Origin: Nemertoderma westbladi
Lineage: Eukaryota; Animalia; Xenacoelomorpha
Reading direction: 5' to 3'
NCBI GenBank assembly: GCA_032718475.1
Contig: JAUCBJ010004596.1
Span: forward strand, 1 to 61,466
DNA length: 61,466 nt
Position numbers and translations under genes: made by a program. The notes under the pieces were generated by a model, which was not told the DNA's origin, did not search any database, and saw only the letters and a program-made list of their open reading frames with translations. Positions 12,401 through 27,400 of the stretch are shown here, piece after piece. The number at the start of each line of letters is the position of its first letter. The first letter of the stretch is position 1.

Positions 12401-15400
12401 AGATGAGTAGTAGAGTAAACAAAACGTAGGCTGTGTGAACCCGGTAGAGGAGTAGTAGAGTAAACAAAACTTAGAGTGCTGTGTGAACCCGGTAGATGAG
12501 TAGTAGAGTAAACAAAACTTAGAGTGCTGTGTGAACCCGGTAGATGAGTAGTAGAGTAAACAAAACTTAGAGTGCTGTGTGAACCCGGTAGATGAGTAGT
12601 AGAGTAAACAAAACGTAGGCTGTGTGAACCCGGTAGAGGAGTAGTAGAGTAAACAAAAGTTAGAGTGCTGTGTGAACCCGGTAGATGAGTAGTAGAGTAA
12701 ACAAAACTTAGAGTGCTATGTGAACCCGGTAGATGAGTAGTAGAGTAAAAAAAACGCTATGTGAACCTGGTAGATGAGTAGTAGAGTAAACAAAGCTTAG
12801 AGTGCTGTGTGAACCCGGTAGATGAGTAGTAGAGTAAACAAAACTTAGAGTGCTGTGTGAACCCGGTAGATGAGTAGTAGAGTAAACAAAACTTTGAGTG
12901 CTGTGTGAACCCGGTAGATGAGTAGTAGATTAAACAAAACTTAGAGTGGTGTGTGAACCCGGTAGATGAGTAGTAGAGTAAACAAAACTTTGAGTGCTGT
13001 GTGAACCCGGTAGATGAGTAGTAGAGTAAACAAAACTTAGAGTGCTGTGTGAACCCGGTAGAGGAGTAGTAGAGTAAACAAAACTTTGAGTGCTGTGTGA
13101 ACCCGGTAGATGAGTAGTAGAGTAAACAAAACTCTAGAGTGGTGTGTGAACCCGGTAGCTGAGTAGTAGAGTAAACAAAACGTAGAGTGCTGTGTGAACC
13201 CGGTAGTTGAGTAGTAGAGTAAACAAAACTTAGAGTGGTGTGTGAACCCGGTAGCTGAGTAGTAGAGTAAACAAAACTTAGAGTGGTGTGTGAACCCGGT
13301 AGCTGAGTAGTAGAGTAAACAAAACGTAGAGTGCTGTGTGAACCCGGTAGCTGAGTAGTAGAGTAAACAAAACGTAGAGTGCTGTGTGAACCCGGTAGAT
13401 GAGTAGTAGAGTAAACAAAACTTTGAGTGCTGTGTGAACCCGGTAGCTGAGTAGTAGAGTAAACAAAACGTAGAGTGCTGTGTGAACCCGGTAGCTGAGT
13501 AGTAGAGTAAACAAAACGTAGAGTGCTGTGTGAACCCGGTAGATGAGTAGCAGAGTAAACAAAACGTAGAGTGCTGTGTGAACCCGGTAGATGAGTAGTA
13601 GAGTAAACAAAACTTAGAGTGCTGTGTGAACCCGGTAGATGAGTAGTAGAGTAAACAAAACTTAGAGTGCTGTGTGAACCCGGTAGATGAGTAGTAGAGT
13701 AAACAAAACTTAGAGTTCTGTGTGAACCCGGTAGATGAGTAGTAGAGTAAACAAAACTTTGAGTGCTGTGTGAACCCGGTAGCTGAGTAGTAGAGTATAC
13801 AAAACTTAGAGTGCTGTGTGAACCTGGTAGATGAGTAGTAGAGTAAACAAAACTTCGAGTGCTGTGTGAACCCGGTAGAGGAGTAGTAGAGTAAACAAAA
13901 CTTAGAGTGCTGTGTGAACCCGGTAGATGAGTAGTAGAGTGCTGTGTGAACCTGGTAGCTGAGTAGTAGAGTAAACAAAACTTTGAGTGCTGTGTGAACC
14001 CGGTAGATGAGTAGTAGAGTAAACAAAACTTAGAGTGCTGTGTGAACCCGGTAGATGAGTAGTAGAGTAAACAAAACTTAGAGTTCTGTGTGAACCCGGT
14101 AGATGAGTAGTAGAGTAAACAAAACTTTGAGTGCTGTGTGAACCCGGTAGCTGAGTAGTAGAGTAAACAAAACTTAGAGTGCTGTGTGAGCCTGGTAGAT
14201 GAGTAGTAGAGTAAACAAAACTTAGAGTGCTGTGTGAACCCGGTAGAGGAGTAGTAGAGTAAACAAAACTTAGAGTGCTGTGTGAACCCGGTAGATGAGT
14301 AGTAGAGTGCTGTGTGAACCTGGTAGCTGAGTAGTAGAGTAAACAAAACTTTGAGTGCTGTGTGAACCCGGTAGATGAGTAGTAGAGTAAACAAAACGTA
14401 GGCTGTGTGAACCCGGTAGAGGAGTAGTAGAGTAAACAAAACTTAGAGTGCTGTGTGAACCCGGTAGATGAGTAGTAGAGTAAACAAAACTTAGAGTGCT
14501 GTGTGAACCCGGTAGATGAGTAGTAGAGTAAACAAAACTTAGAGTGCTGTGTGAACCCGGTAGATGAGTAGTAGAGTAAACAAAACGTAGGCTGTGTGAA
14601 CCCGGTAGAGGAGTAGTAGAGTAAACAAAAGTTAGAGTGCTGTGTGAACCCGGTAGATGAGTAGTAGAGTAAACAAAACTTAGAGTGCTGTGTGAACCCG
14701 GTAGATGAGTAGTAGAGTAAACAAAACTTAGAGTGCTGTGTGAACCCGGTAGAGGAGTAGTAGAGTAAACAAAACTTAGAGTGCTGTGTGAACCCGGTAG
14801 ATGAGTAGTAGAGTAGTAGAGTAAACAAAACTTAGAGTGCTGTGTGAACCCGGTAGATGAGTAGTAGAGTAAACAAAACTTAGAGTGCTGTGTGAACCCG
14901 GTAGATGAGTAGTAGTGTAAACAAAACTTTGAGTGCTGTGTGAACCCGGTAGATGAGTAGTAGAGTAAACAAAACGTAGGCTGTGTGAACCCGGTAGATG
15001 AGTAGTAGAGTAAACAAAACTTAGAGTGCTGTGTGAACCCGGTAGATGAGTAGTAGAGTAAACAAAACTTAGAGTTCTGTGTGAACCCGGTAGATGAGTA
15101 GTAGAGTAAACAAAACTTTGAGTGCTGTGTGAACCCGGTAGCTGAGTAGTAGAGTAAACAAAACTTAGAGTGCTGTGTGAACCTGGTAGATGAGTAGTAG
15201 AGTAAACAAAACTTAGAGTGCTGTGTGAACCCGGTAGAGGAGTAGTAGAGTAAACAAAACTTAGAGTGCTGTGTGAACCCGGTAGATGAGTAGTAGAGTG
15301 CTGTGTGAACCTGGTAGCTGAGTAGTAGAGTAAACAAAACTTTGAGTGCTGTGTGAACCCGGTAGATGAGTAGTAGAGTAAACAAAACGTAGGCTGTGTG

Positions 15401-18400
15401 AACCCGGTAGAGGAGTAGTAGAGTAAACAAAACTTAGAGTGCTGTGTGAACCCGGTAGATGAGTAGTAGAGTAAACAAAACTTAGAGTGCTGTGTGAACC
15501 CGGTAGATGAGTAGTAGTGTAAACAAAACTTTGAGTGCTGTGTGAACCCGGTAGATGAGTAGTAGAGTAAACAAAACGTAGGCTGTGTGAACCCGGTAGA
15601 GGAGTAGTAGAGTAAACAAAACTTAGAGTGCTGTGTGAACCCGGTAGATGAGTAGTAGAGTAAACAAAACTTAGAGTGCTGTGTGAACCCGGTAGATGAG
15701 TAGTAGAGTAAATAAAACTTAGAGTGCTGTGTGAACCCGGTAGATGAGTAGTAGAGTAAACAAAACGTAGGCTGTGTGAACCCGGTAGAGGAGTAGTAGA
15801 GTAAACAAAACTTAGAGTGCTGTGTGAACCCGGTAGATGAGTAGTAGAGTAAACAAAACTTAGAGTGCTGTGTGAACCCGGTAGATGAGTAGTAGAGTAA
15901 ACAAAACTTAGAGTGCTGTGTGAACCCGGTAGAGGAGTAGTAGAGTAAACAAAACTTAGAGTGCTGTGTGAACCCGGTAGATGAGTAGTAGAGTAAACAA
16001 AACTTAGAGTGCTGTGTGAACCCGGTAGATGAGTAGTAGAGTAAACAAAACTTAGAGTGCTGTGTGAACCCGGTAGATGAGTAGTAGTGTAAACAAAACT
16101 TTGAGTGCTGTGTGAACCCGGTAGATGAGTAGTAGAGTAAAAAAAACGTAGGCTGTGTGAACCCGGTAGATGAGTAGTAGAGTAAACAAAACTTAGAGTG
16201 CTGTGTGAACCCGGTAGATGAGTAGTAGAGTAAACAAAACTTAGAGTGCTGTGTGAACCCGGTAGATGAGTAGTAGAGTAAACAAAACTTAGAGTGCTGT
16301 GTGAACCCGGTAGATGAGTAGTAGAGTAAACAAAACGTAGGCTGTGTGAACCCGGTAGCTGAGTAGTAGAGTAAACAAAACTTAGAGTGCTGTGTGAACC
16401 CGGTAGATGAGTAGTAGAGTAAACAAAACTTAGAGTGCTGTGTGAACCCGGTAGATGAGTAGTAGAGTAAACAAAACTTAGAGTGCTGTGTGAACCCAGT
16501 AGATGAGTAGTAGAGTAAACAAAACTTAGAGTTCTGTGTGAACCCGGTAGATGAGTAGTAGAGTAAACACAACTTTGAGTGCTGTGTGAACCGGTAGATG
16601 AGTAGTAGAGTAAACACAACTTTGAGTGCTGTGTGAACCCGGTAGATGAGTAGTAGAGTAAACAAAACTTAGAGTGCTATGTGAACCTGGTAGATGAGTA
16701 GTAGAGTAAACAAAACTTTGAGTGCTGTGTGAACCCGGTAGATGAGTAGTAGAGTAAACAAAACTTTGAGTGCTGTGTGAACCCGGTAGATGAGTAGTAG
16801 AGTAAACAAAACTTAGAGTGCTGTGTGAACCCGGTAGATGAGTAGTAGAGTAAACAAAACTTTGAGTGCTGTGTGAACCTGGTAGATGAGTAGTAGAGTA
16901 AACAAAACTTTGAGTGCTGTGTGAACCCAGTAGATGAGTAGTAGAGTAAACAAAACTTTGAGTGCTATGTGAACCCGGTAGATGAGTAGTAGAGTAAACA
17001 AAACTTAGAGTGCTGTGTGAACCCGGTAGATGAGTAGTAGAGTAAACAAAACTTAGAGTGCTGTGTGAACCCGGTAGATGAGTAGTAGAGTAAACAAAAC
17101 TTAGAGTGCTATGTGAACCCGGTAGATGAGTAGTAGAGTAAACAAAACGCTATGTGAACCTGGTAGATGAGTAGTAGAGTAAACAAAACTTTGAGTGCTA
17201 TGTGAACCCGGTAGATGAGTAGTAGAGTAAGCAAAACTTTGAGTGCTGTGTGAACCCGGTAGATGAGTAGTAGAGTAAACAAAACTTAGAGTGCTATGTG
17301 AACCCGGTAGATGAGTAGTAGAGTAAACAAAACGCTATGTGAACCTGGTAGATGAGTAGTAGAGTAAACAAAACTTTGAGTGCTGTGTGAACCCGGTAGA
17401 TGAGTAGTAGAGTAAACAAAACTTAGAGTGCTGTGTGAACCCGATAGAGGAGTAGTAGAGTAAACAAAACTTAGAGTGCTATGTGAACCCGGTAGATGAG
17501 TAGTAGAGTAAACAAAACTTTGAGTGCTATGTGAACCCGGTAGATGAGTAGTAGAGTAAACAAAACTTAGAGTGCTATGTGAACCCGGTAGATGAGTAGT
17601 AGAGTAAACAAAACGCTATGTGAACCTGGTAGATGAGTAGTAGAGTAAACAAAACTTTGAGTGCTGTGTGAACCCGGTAGATGAATAGTAGAATAAACAA
17701 AACTTAGAGTGCTGTGTGAACCCGGTAGATGAGTAGTAGAGTAAACAAAACTTTGAGTGCTGTGTGAACCCGGTAGATGAGTAGTAGTGTAAACAAAACT
17801 TAGAGTGCTGTGTGAACCCGGTAGATGAGTAGTAGAGTAAACAAAACTTAGAGTGCTGTGTGAACCCGGTAGATGAGTAGTAGAGTAAACAAAACTTAGA
17901 GTGCTGTGTGAACCCGGTAGAGGAGTAGTAGAGTAAACAACACTTAGAGTGGTGTGAACCCGGTAGATGAGTAGTAGAGTAAACAAAACTTAGAGTGCTG
18001 TGTGAACCCGGTAGATGAGTAGTAGAGTAAACAAAACTTAGAGTGCTGTGTAAACTCGGTAGATGAGTAGAAGAGTGTTGTGTGAAACCGGTAGATTAGT
18101 AGTAGAGTAAATAAAACTTAGCTATGTGAACCCGGTAGATGAGTAGTAGAGTAAACAAAACTTAGAGTGCTGTGTGAACCGGGTAGATGAGTAGTAGAGT
18201 AAACAAAACTTAGAGTGCTGTGTGAACCCGGTAGCTGAGTAGTAGAGTAAACAAAACGTAGGCTGTGTGAACCCGGTAGATGAGTAGTAGAGTAAACAAA
18301 ACTTAGAGTAGTGTGAACCCGGTAGATGAGTAGTAGAGTAAACAAAACTTTGAGTGCTGTGTGAACCCGGTAGATGAATAGTAAAGTAAACAAAACTTAG

Positions 18401-21400
18401 AGTGCTGTGTGAACCCGGTAGATAAGTAGTAGAGTAAACAAAACTTAGAGTGCTGTGTGAACCCGGTAGCTGAGTAGTAGAGTAAACAAAACTTAGAGTG
18501 CTGTGTGAACCCGGTAGATGAGTAGTAGAGTAAACAAAACTTAGAGTGCTGTGTGAACCCGGTTGATGAGTAGTAGAGTAAACAAAACTTAGAGTGCTGT
18601 GTGAACCCGGTAGCTGAGTAGTAGAGTAAACAAAACGTAGAGTGCTGTGTGAACCCGGTAGATGAGTAGTAGAGTAAACAAAACTTAGAGTAGTGTGAAC
18701 CCGGTAGATGAGTAGTAGAGTAAACAAAACTTTGAGTGCTGTGTGAACCCGGTAGATGAGTAGTAGAGTAAACAACACTTAGAGTGGTGTGAACCCGGTA
18801 GATGAGTAGTAGAGTAAACAAAACTTAGAGTGCTGTGTGAACCCGGTAGATGAATAGTAAAGTAAACAAAACTTAGAGTGCTGTGTGAACCCGGTAGATG
18901 AGTAGTAGAGTAAACAAAACTTTGAGTGATGTGTGAACCCGGTAGATGAGTAGTAGAGTAAACAACACTTAGAGTGGTGTGAACCCGGTAGATGAGTAGT
19001 AGAGTAAACAAAACTTAGAGTGCTGTGTGAACCCGGTAGATGAATAGTAAAGTAAACAAAACTTAGAGTGCAGTGTGAACCCGGTAGATGAATAGTAAAG
19101 TAAACAAAACTTAGAGTGCTGTGTGAACCCAGTAGATGAGTAGTAGAGTAAACAAAACTTAGAGTGCTGTGTGAACCCGATAGATGAGTAGTAGAGTAAA
19201 CAAAACTTAGAGTGCTGTGTGAACCCGGTAGATGAGTAGTAGAGTAAACAAAACTTAGAGTGCTGTGTGAACCCGGTAGATGAGTAGTAGAGTAAATAAA
19301 ACGCTATGTGAACCTGGTAGATGAGTAGTAGAGTAAACAAAACTTTGAGTGCTGTGTGAACCCGGTAGATGAGTAGTAGAGTAAACAAAACTTAGAGTGC
19401 TGTGTGAACCCGATAGAGGAGTAGTAGAGTAAACAAAACTTAGAGTGCTATGTGAACCCGGTAGATGAGTAGTAGAGTAAACAAAACTTAGAGTGCTATG
19501 TGAACCCGGCAGATGAGTAGTAGAGTAAACAAAACGCTATGTGAACCTGGTAGATGAGTAGTAGAGTAAACAAAACTTTGAGTGCTGTGTGAACCCGGTA
19601 GATGAGTAGTAGAATAAACAAAACTTAGAGTGCTGTGTGAACCCGGTAGATGAGTAGTAGAGTAAACAAAACTTAGAGTGCTGTGTGAACCCGGTAGATG
19701 AGTAGTAGAGTAAACAAAACTTAGAGTGCTGTGTGAACCCGGTAGATGAGTAGTAGAGTAAACAAAACGTAGGCTGTGTGAACCCGGTAGCTGAGTAGTA
19801 GAGTAAACAAAACTTAGAGTGCTGTGTGAACCCGGTAGATGAGTAGTAGAGTAAACAAAACTTAGAGTGCTGTGTGAACCCGGTAGATGAGTAGTAGAGT
19901 AAACAAAACTTAGAGTGCTGTGTGAACCCGGTAGATGAGTAGTAGAGTAAACAAAACTTAGAGTTCTGTGTGAACCCGGTAGATGAGTAGTAGAGTAAAC
20001 ACAACTTTGAGTGCTGTGTGAACCCGGTAGATGAGTAGTAGAGTAAACACAACTTTGAGTGCTGTGTGAACCCGGTAGATGAGTAGTAGAGTAAACAAAA
20101 CTTAGAGTGCTATGTGAACCCGGTAGATGAGTAGTAGAGTAAACAAAACTTAGAGTGCTGTGTGAACCCGGTAGATGAGTAGTAGAGTAAACAAAACTTA
20201 GAGTGCTGTGTGAACCTGGTAGATGAGTAGTAGAGTAAACAAAACTTTGAGTGCTGTGTGAACCCGGTAGATGAGTAGTAGAGTAAACAAAACTTTGAGT
20301 GCTGTGTGAACCCGGTAGATGAGTAGTAGAGTAAACAAAACTTAGAGTGCTGTGTGAAACCGGTAGATGAGTAGTAGAGTAAACAAAACGCTATGTGAAC
20401 CTGGTAGATGAGTAGTAGAGTAAACAAAACTTTGAGTGCTGTGTGAACCCGGTAGATGAGTAGTAGAGTAAACAAAACTTAGAGTGCTGTGTGAACCCGA
20501 TAGAGGAGTAGTAGAGTAAACAAAACTTAGAGTGCTATGTGAACCCGGTAGATGAGTAGTAGAGTAAACAAAACTTTGAGTGCTATGTGAACCCGGTAGA
20601 TGAGTAGTAGAGTAAACAAAACTTAGAGTGCTATGTGAACACGGTAGATGAGTAGTAGAGTAAACAAAACGCTATGTGAACCTGGTAGATGAGTAGTAGA
20701 GTAAACAAAACTTTGAGTGCTGTGTGAACCCGGTAGATGAGTAGTAGAATAAACAAAACATAGAGTGCTGTGTGAACCCGGTAGATGAGTAGTAGAGTAA
20801 ACAAAACTTTGAGTGCTGTGTGAACCTGGTAGATGAGTAGTAGTGTAAACAAAACTTAGAGTGCTGTGTGAACCCGGTAGATGAGTAGTAGAGTAAACAA
20901 AACTTAGAGTGCTGTGTGAACCCGGTAGATGAGTAGTAGAGTAAACAAAACTTAGAGTGCTGTGTGAACTCGGTAGAGGAGTAGTAGAGTAAACAACACT
21001 TAGAGTGGTGTGAACCCGGTAGATGAGTAGTAGAGTAAACAAAACTTAGAGTGCTGTGTGAACCCGGTAGATGAGTAGTAGAGTAAACAAAACTTAGAGT
21101 GCTGTGTAAACTCGGTAGATGAGTGGAAGAGTGTTGTGTGAAACCGGTAGATTAGTAGTAGAGTAAATAAAACTTAGCTATGTGAACCCGGTAGATGAGT
21201 AGTAGAGTAAACAAAACTTAGAGTGCTGTGTGAACCCGGTAGATGAGTAGTAGAGTAAACAAAACTTAGAGTGCTGTGTGAACCCGGTAGAGGAGTAGTA
21301 GAGTAAACAACACTTAGAGTGGTGTGAACCCGGTAGATGAGTAGTAGAGTAAACAAAACTTAGAGTGCTGTGTGAACCCGGTAGATGAGTAGTAGAGTAA

Positions 21401-24400
21401 ACAAAACTTAGAGTGCTGTGTAAACTCGGTAGATGAGTAGAAGAGTGTTGTGTGAAACCGGTAGATTAGTAGTAGAGTAAATAAAACTTAGCTATGTGAA
21501 CCCGGTAGATGAGTAGTAGAGTAAACAAAACTTAGAGTGCTGTGTGAACCGGGTAGATGAGTAGTAGAGTAAACAAAACTTAGAGTGCTGTGTGAACCCG
21601 GTAGCTGAGTAGTAGAGTAAACAAAACGTAGGCTGTGTGAACCCGGTAGATGAGTAGTAGAGTAAACAAAACTTAGAGTAGTGTGAACCCGGTAGATGAG
21701 TAGTAGAGTAAACAAAACTTTGAGTGCTGTGTGAACCCGGTAGATGAATAGTAAAGTAAACAAAACTTAGAGTGCTGTGTGAACCCGGTAGATGAGTAGT
21801 AGAGTAAACAAAACTTAGAGTGCTGTGTGAACCCGGTAGCTGAGTAGTAGAGTAAACAAAACTTAGAGTGCTGTGTGAACCCGGTAGATGAGTAGTAGAG
21901 TAAACAAAACTTAGAGTGCTGTGTGAACCCGGTAGATGAGTAGTAGAGTAAACAAAACTTAGAGTGCTGTGTGAACCCGGTAGCTGAGTAGTAGAGTAAA
22001 CAAAACGTAGAGTGCTGTGTGAACCCAGTAGATGAGTAGTAGAGTAAACAAAACTTAGAGTAGTGTGAACCCGGTAGATGAGTAGTAGAGTAAACAAAAC
22101 TTTGAGTGCTGTGTGAACCCGGTAGATGAGTAGTAGAGTAAACAACACTTAGAGTGGTGTGAACCCGGTAGATGAGTAGTAGAGTAAACAAAACTTTGAG
22201 TGCTGTGTGAACCCGGTAGATGAGTTGTAGAGTAAACAAAACTTTGATTGCTGTGTGAACCCGGTAGATGAGTAGTAGAGTAAACAACACTTAGAGTGGT
22301 GTGAACCCGGTAGATGAGTAGTAGAGTAAACAAAACTTAGAGTGCTGTGTGAACCCGGTAGATGAATAGTAAAGTAAACAAAACTTAGAGTGCTGTGTGA
22401 ACCCGGTAGATGAATAGTAAAGTAAACAAAACTTAGAGTGCTGTGTGAACCCAGTAGATGAGTAGTAGAGTAAACAAAACTTAGAGTGCTGTGTGAACCC
22501 GATAGATGAGTAGTAGAGTAAACAAAACTTAGAGTGCTGTGTGAACCCGGTAGATGAGTAGTAGAGTAAACAAAACTTAGAGTGCTGTGTGAACCCGGTA
22601 GATGAGTAGTAGAGTAAATAAAACGCTATGTGAACCTGGTAGATGAGTAGTAGAGTAAACAAAATTTTGAGTGCTGTGTGAACCCGGTAGATGAGTAGTA
22701 GAGTAAACAAAACTTAGAGTGCTGTGTGAACCCGGTAGCTGAGTAGTAGAGTAAACAAAACGTAGGCTGTGTGAACCCGGTAGATGAGTAGTAGAGTAAA
22801 CAAAACTTAGAGTAGTGTGAACCCGGTAGATGAGTAGTAGAGTAAACAAAACTTTGAGTGCTGTGTGAACCCGGTAGATGAATAGTAAAGTAAACAAAAC
22901 TTAGAGTGCTGTGTGAACCTGGTAGATGAGTAGTAGAGTAAACAAAACTTAGAGTGCTGTGTGAACCCGGTAGCTGAGTAGTAGAGTAAACAAAACTTAG
23001 AGTGCTGTGTGAACCCGGTAGATGAGTAGTAGAGTAAACAAAACTTAGAGTGCTGTGTGAACCCGGTAGATGAGTAGTAGAGTAAACAAAACTTAGAGTG
23101 CTGTGTGAACCCGGTAGCTGAGTAGTAGAGTAAACAAAACGTAGAGTGCTGTGTGAACCCGGTAGATGAGTAGTAGAGTAAACAAAACTTAGAGTAGTGT
23201 GAACCCGGTAGATGAGTAGTAGAGTAAACAAAACTTTGAGTGCTGTGTGAACCCGGTAGATGAGTAGTAGAGTAAACAACACTTAGAGTGGTGTGAACCC
23301 GGTAGATGAGTAGTAGAGTAAACAAAACTTTGAGTGCTGTGTGAACCCGGTAGATGAGTAGTAGAGTAAACAAAACTTTGAGTGCTGTGTGAACCCGGTA
23401 GATGAGTAGTAGAGTAAACAACACTTAGAGTGGTGTGAACCCGGTAGATGAGTAGTAGAGTAAACAAAACTTAGAGTGCTGTGTGAACCCGGTAGATGAA
23501 TAGTAAAGTAAACAAAACTTAGAGTGCTGTGTGAACCCGGTAGATGAATAGTAAAGTAAACAAAACTTAGAGTGCTGTGTGAACCCAGTAGATGAGTAGT
23601 AGAGTAAACAAAACTTAGAGTGCTGTGTGAACCCGATAGATGAGTAGTAGAGTAAACAAAACTTAGAGTGCTGTGTGAACCCGGTAGATGAGTAGTAGAG
23701 TAAACAAAACTTAGAGTGCTGTGTGAACCCGGTAGATGAGTAGTAGAGTAAATAAAACCCTATGTGAACCTGGTAGATGAGTAGTAGAGTAAACAAAATT
23801 TTGAGTGCTGTGTGAACCCGGTAGATGAGTAGTAGAGTAAACAAAACTTAGAGTGCTGTGTGAACCCGATAGAGGAGTAGTAGAGTAAACAAAACTTAGA
23901 GTGCTATGTGAACCCGGTAGATGAGTAGTAGAGTAAACAAAACTTAGAGTGCTATGTGAACCCGGTAGATGAGTAGTAGAGTAAACAAAACGCTATGTGA
24001 ACCTGGTAGATGAGTAGTAGAGTAAACAAAACTTTGAGTGCTGTGTGAACCCGGTAGATGAGTAGTAGAATAAACAAAACTTAGAGTGCTGTGTGAACCC
24101 GGTAGATGAGTAGTAGAGTAAACAAAACTTAGAGTGCTGTGTGAACCCGGTAGATGAGTAGTAGAGTAAACAAAACTTAGAGTGCTGTGTGAACCCGGTA
24201 GATGAGTAGTAGAGTAAACAAAACGTAGGCTGTGTGAACCCGGTAGCTGAGTAGTAGAGTAAACAAAACTTAGAGTGCTGTGTGAACCCGGTAGATGAGT
24301 AGTAGAGTAAACAAAACTTAGAGTGCTGTGTGAACCCGGTAGATGAGTAGTAGAGTAAACAAAACTTTGAGTGCTATGTGAACCCGGTAGATGAGTAGTA

Positions 24401-27400
24401 GAGTAAACAAAACTTAGAGTGCTATGTGAACACGGTAGATGAGTAGTAGAGTAAACAAAACGCTATGTGAACCTGGTAGATGAGTAGTAGAGTAAACAAA
24501 ACTTTGAGTGCTGTGTGAACCCAGTAGATGAGTAGTAGAATAAACAAAACTTAGAGTGCTGTGTGAAACCGGTAGATGAGTAGTAGAGTAAACAAAACTT
24601 TGAGTGCTGTGTGAACCTGGTAGATGAGTAGTAGTGTAAACAAAACTTAGAGTGCTGTGTGAACCCGGTAGATGAGTAGTAGAGTAAACAAAACTTAGAG
24701 TGCTGTGTGAACCCGGTAGATGAGTAGTAGAGTAAACAAAACTTAGAGTGCTGTGTGAACTCGGTAGAGGAGTAGTAGAGTAAACAACACTTAGAGTGGT
24801 GTGAACCCGGTAGATGAGTAGTAGAGTAAACAAAACTTAGAGTGCTGTGTGAACCCGGTAGATGAGTAGTAGAGTAAACAAAACTTAGAGTGCTGTGTAA
24901 ACTCGGTAGATGAGTAGAAGAGTGTTGTGTGAAACCGGTAGATTAGTAGTAGAGTAAATAAAACTTAGCTATGTGAACCCGGTAGATGAGTAGTAGAGTA
25001 AACAAAACTTAGAGTGCTGTGTGAACCGGGTAGATGAGTAGTAGAGTAAACAAAACTTAGAGTGCTGTGTGAACCCGGTAGCTGAGTAGTAGAGTAAACA
25101 AAACGTAGGCTGTGTGAACCCGGTAGATGAGTAGTAGAGTAAACAAAACTTAGAGTAGTGTGAACCCGGTAGATGAGTAGTAGAGTAAACAAAACTTTGA
25201 GTGCTGTGTGAACCCGGTAGATGAATAGTAAAGTAAACAAAACTTAGAGTGCTGTGTGAACCCGGTAGCTGAGTAGTAGAGTAAACAAAACTTAGAGTGC
25301 TGTGTGAACCCGGTAGATGAGTAGTAGAGTAAACAAAACTTAGAGTGCTGTGTGAACCCGGTAGATGAGTAGTAGAGTAAACAAAACTTAGAGTGCTGTG
25401 TGAACCCGGTAGCTGAGTAGTAGAGTAAACAAAACTTAGAGTGCTGTGTGAACCCGGTAGATGAGTAGTAGAGTAAACAAAACTTAGAGTGCTGTGTAAA
25501 CTCGGTAGATGAGTAGAAGAGTGTTGTGTGAAACCGGTAGATTAGTAGTAGAGTAAATAAAACTTAGCTATGTGAACCCGGTAGATGAGTAGTAGAGTAA
25601 ACAAAACTTAGAGTGCTGTGTGAACCGGGTAGATGAGTAGTAGAGTAAACAAAACTTAGAGTGCTGTGTGAACCCGGTAGCTGAGTAGTAGAGTAAACAA
25701 AACGTAGGCTGTGTGAACCCGGTAGATGAGTAGTAGAGTAAACAAAACTTAGAGTAGTGTGAACCCGGTAGATGAGTAGTAGAGTAAACAAAACTTTGAG
25801 TGCTGTGTGAACCCGGTAGATGAATAGTAAAGTAAACAAAACTTAGAGTGCTGTGTGAACCCGGTAGATGAGTAGTAGAGTAAACAAAACTTAGAGTGCT
25901 GTGTGACCCGGTAGCTGAGTAGTAGAGTAAACAAAACTTAGAGTGCTGTGTGAACCCGGTAGATGAGTAGTAGAGTAAACAAAACTTAGAGTGCTGTGTG
26001 AACCCGGTAGATGAGTAGTAGAGTAAACAAAACTTAGAGTGCTGTGTGAACCCGGTAGCTGAGTAGTAGAGTAAACAAAACGTAGAGTGCTGTGTGAACC
26101 CGGTAGATGAGTAGTAGAGTAAACAAAACTTAGAGTAGTGTGAACCCGGTAGATGAGTAGTAGAGTAAACAAAACTTTGAGTGCTGTGTGAACCCGGTAG
26201 ATGAGTAGTAGAGTAAACAACACTTAGAGTGGTGTGAACCCGGTAGATGAGTAGTAGAGTAAACAAAACTTTGAGTGCTGTGTGAACCCGGTAGATGAGT
26301 AGTAGAGTAAACAAAAATTTGAGTGCTGTGTGAACCCGGTAGATGAGTAGTAGAGTAAACAACACTTAGAGTGGTGTGAACCCGGTAGATGAGTAGTAGA
26401 GTAAACAAAACTTAGAGTGCTGTGTGAACCCGGTAGATGAATAGTAAAGTAAACAAAACTTAGAGTGCTGTGTGTACCCGGTAGATGAATTGTAAAGTAA
26501 ACAAAACTTAGAGTGCTGTGTGAACCCAGTAGATGAGTAGTAGAGTAAACAAAACTTAGAGTGCTGTGTGAACCCGATAGATGAGTAGTAGAGTAAACAA
26601 AACTTAGAGTGCTGTGTGAACCCGGTAGATGAGTAGTAGAGTAAACAAAACTTAGAGTGCTGTGTGAACCCGGTAGATGAGTAGTAGAGTAAATAAAACG
26701 CTATGTGAACCTGGTAGATGAGTAGTAGAGTAAACAAAATTTTGAGTGCTGTGTGAACCCGGTAGATGAGTAGTAGAGTAAACAAAACTTAGAGTGCTGT
26801 GTGAACCCGGTAGCTGAGTAGTAGAGTAAACAAAACGTAGGCTGTGTGAACCCGGTAGATGAGTAGTAGAGTAAACAAAACTTAGAGTAGTGTGAACCCG
26901 GTAGATGAGTAGTAGAGTAAACAAAACTTTGAGTGCTGTGTGAACCCGGTAGATGAATAGTAAAGTAAACAAAACTTAGAGTGCTGTGTGAACCCGGTAG
27001 ATGAGTAGTAGAGTAAACAAAACTTAGAGTGCTGTGTGAACCCGGTAGCTGAGTAGTAGAGTAAACAAAACTTAGAGTGCTGTGTGAACCCGGTAGATGA
27101 GTAGTAGAGTAAACAAAACTTAGAGTGCTGTGTGAACCCGGTAGATGAGTAGTAGAGTAAACAAAACTTAGAGTGCTGTGTGAACCCGGTAGCTGAGTAG
27201 TAGAGTAAACAAAACTTAGAGTAGTGTGAACCCGGTAGATGAGTAGTAGAGTAAACAAAACTTTGAGTGCTGTGTGAACCCGGTAGATGAGTAGTAGAGT
27301 AAACAACACTTAGAGTGGTGTGAACCCGGTAGATGAGTAGTAGAGTAAACAAAACTTTGAGTGCTGTGTGAACCCGGTAGATGAGTAGTAGAGTAAACAA

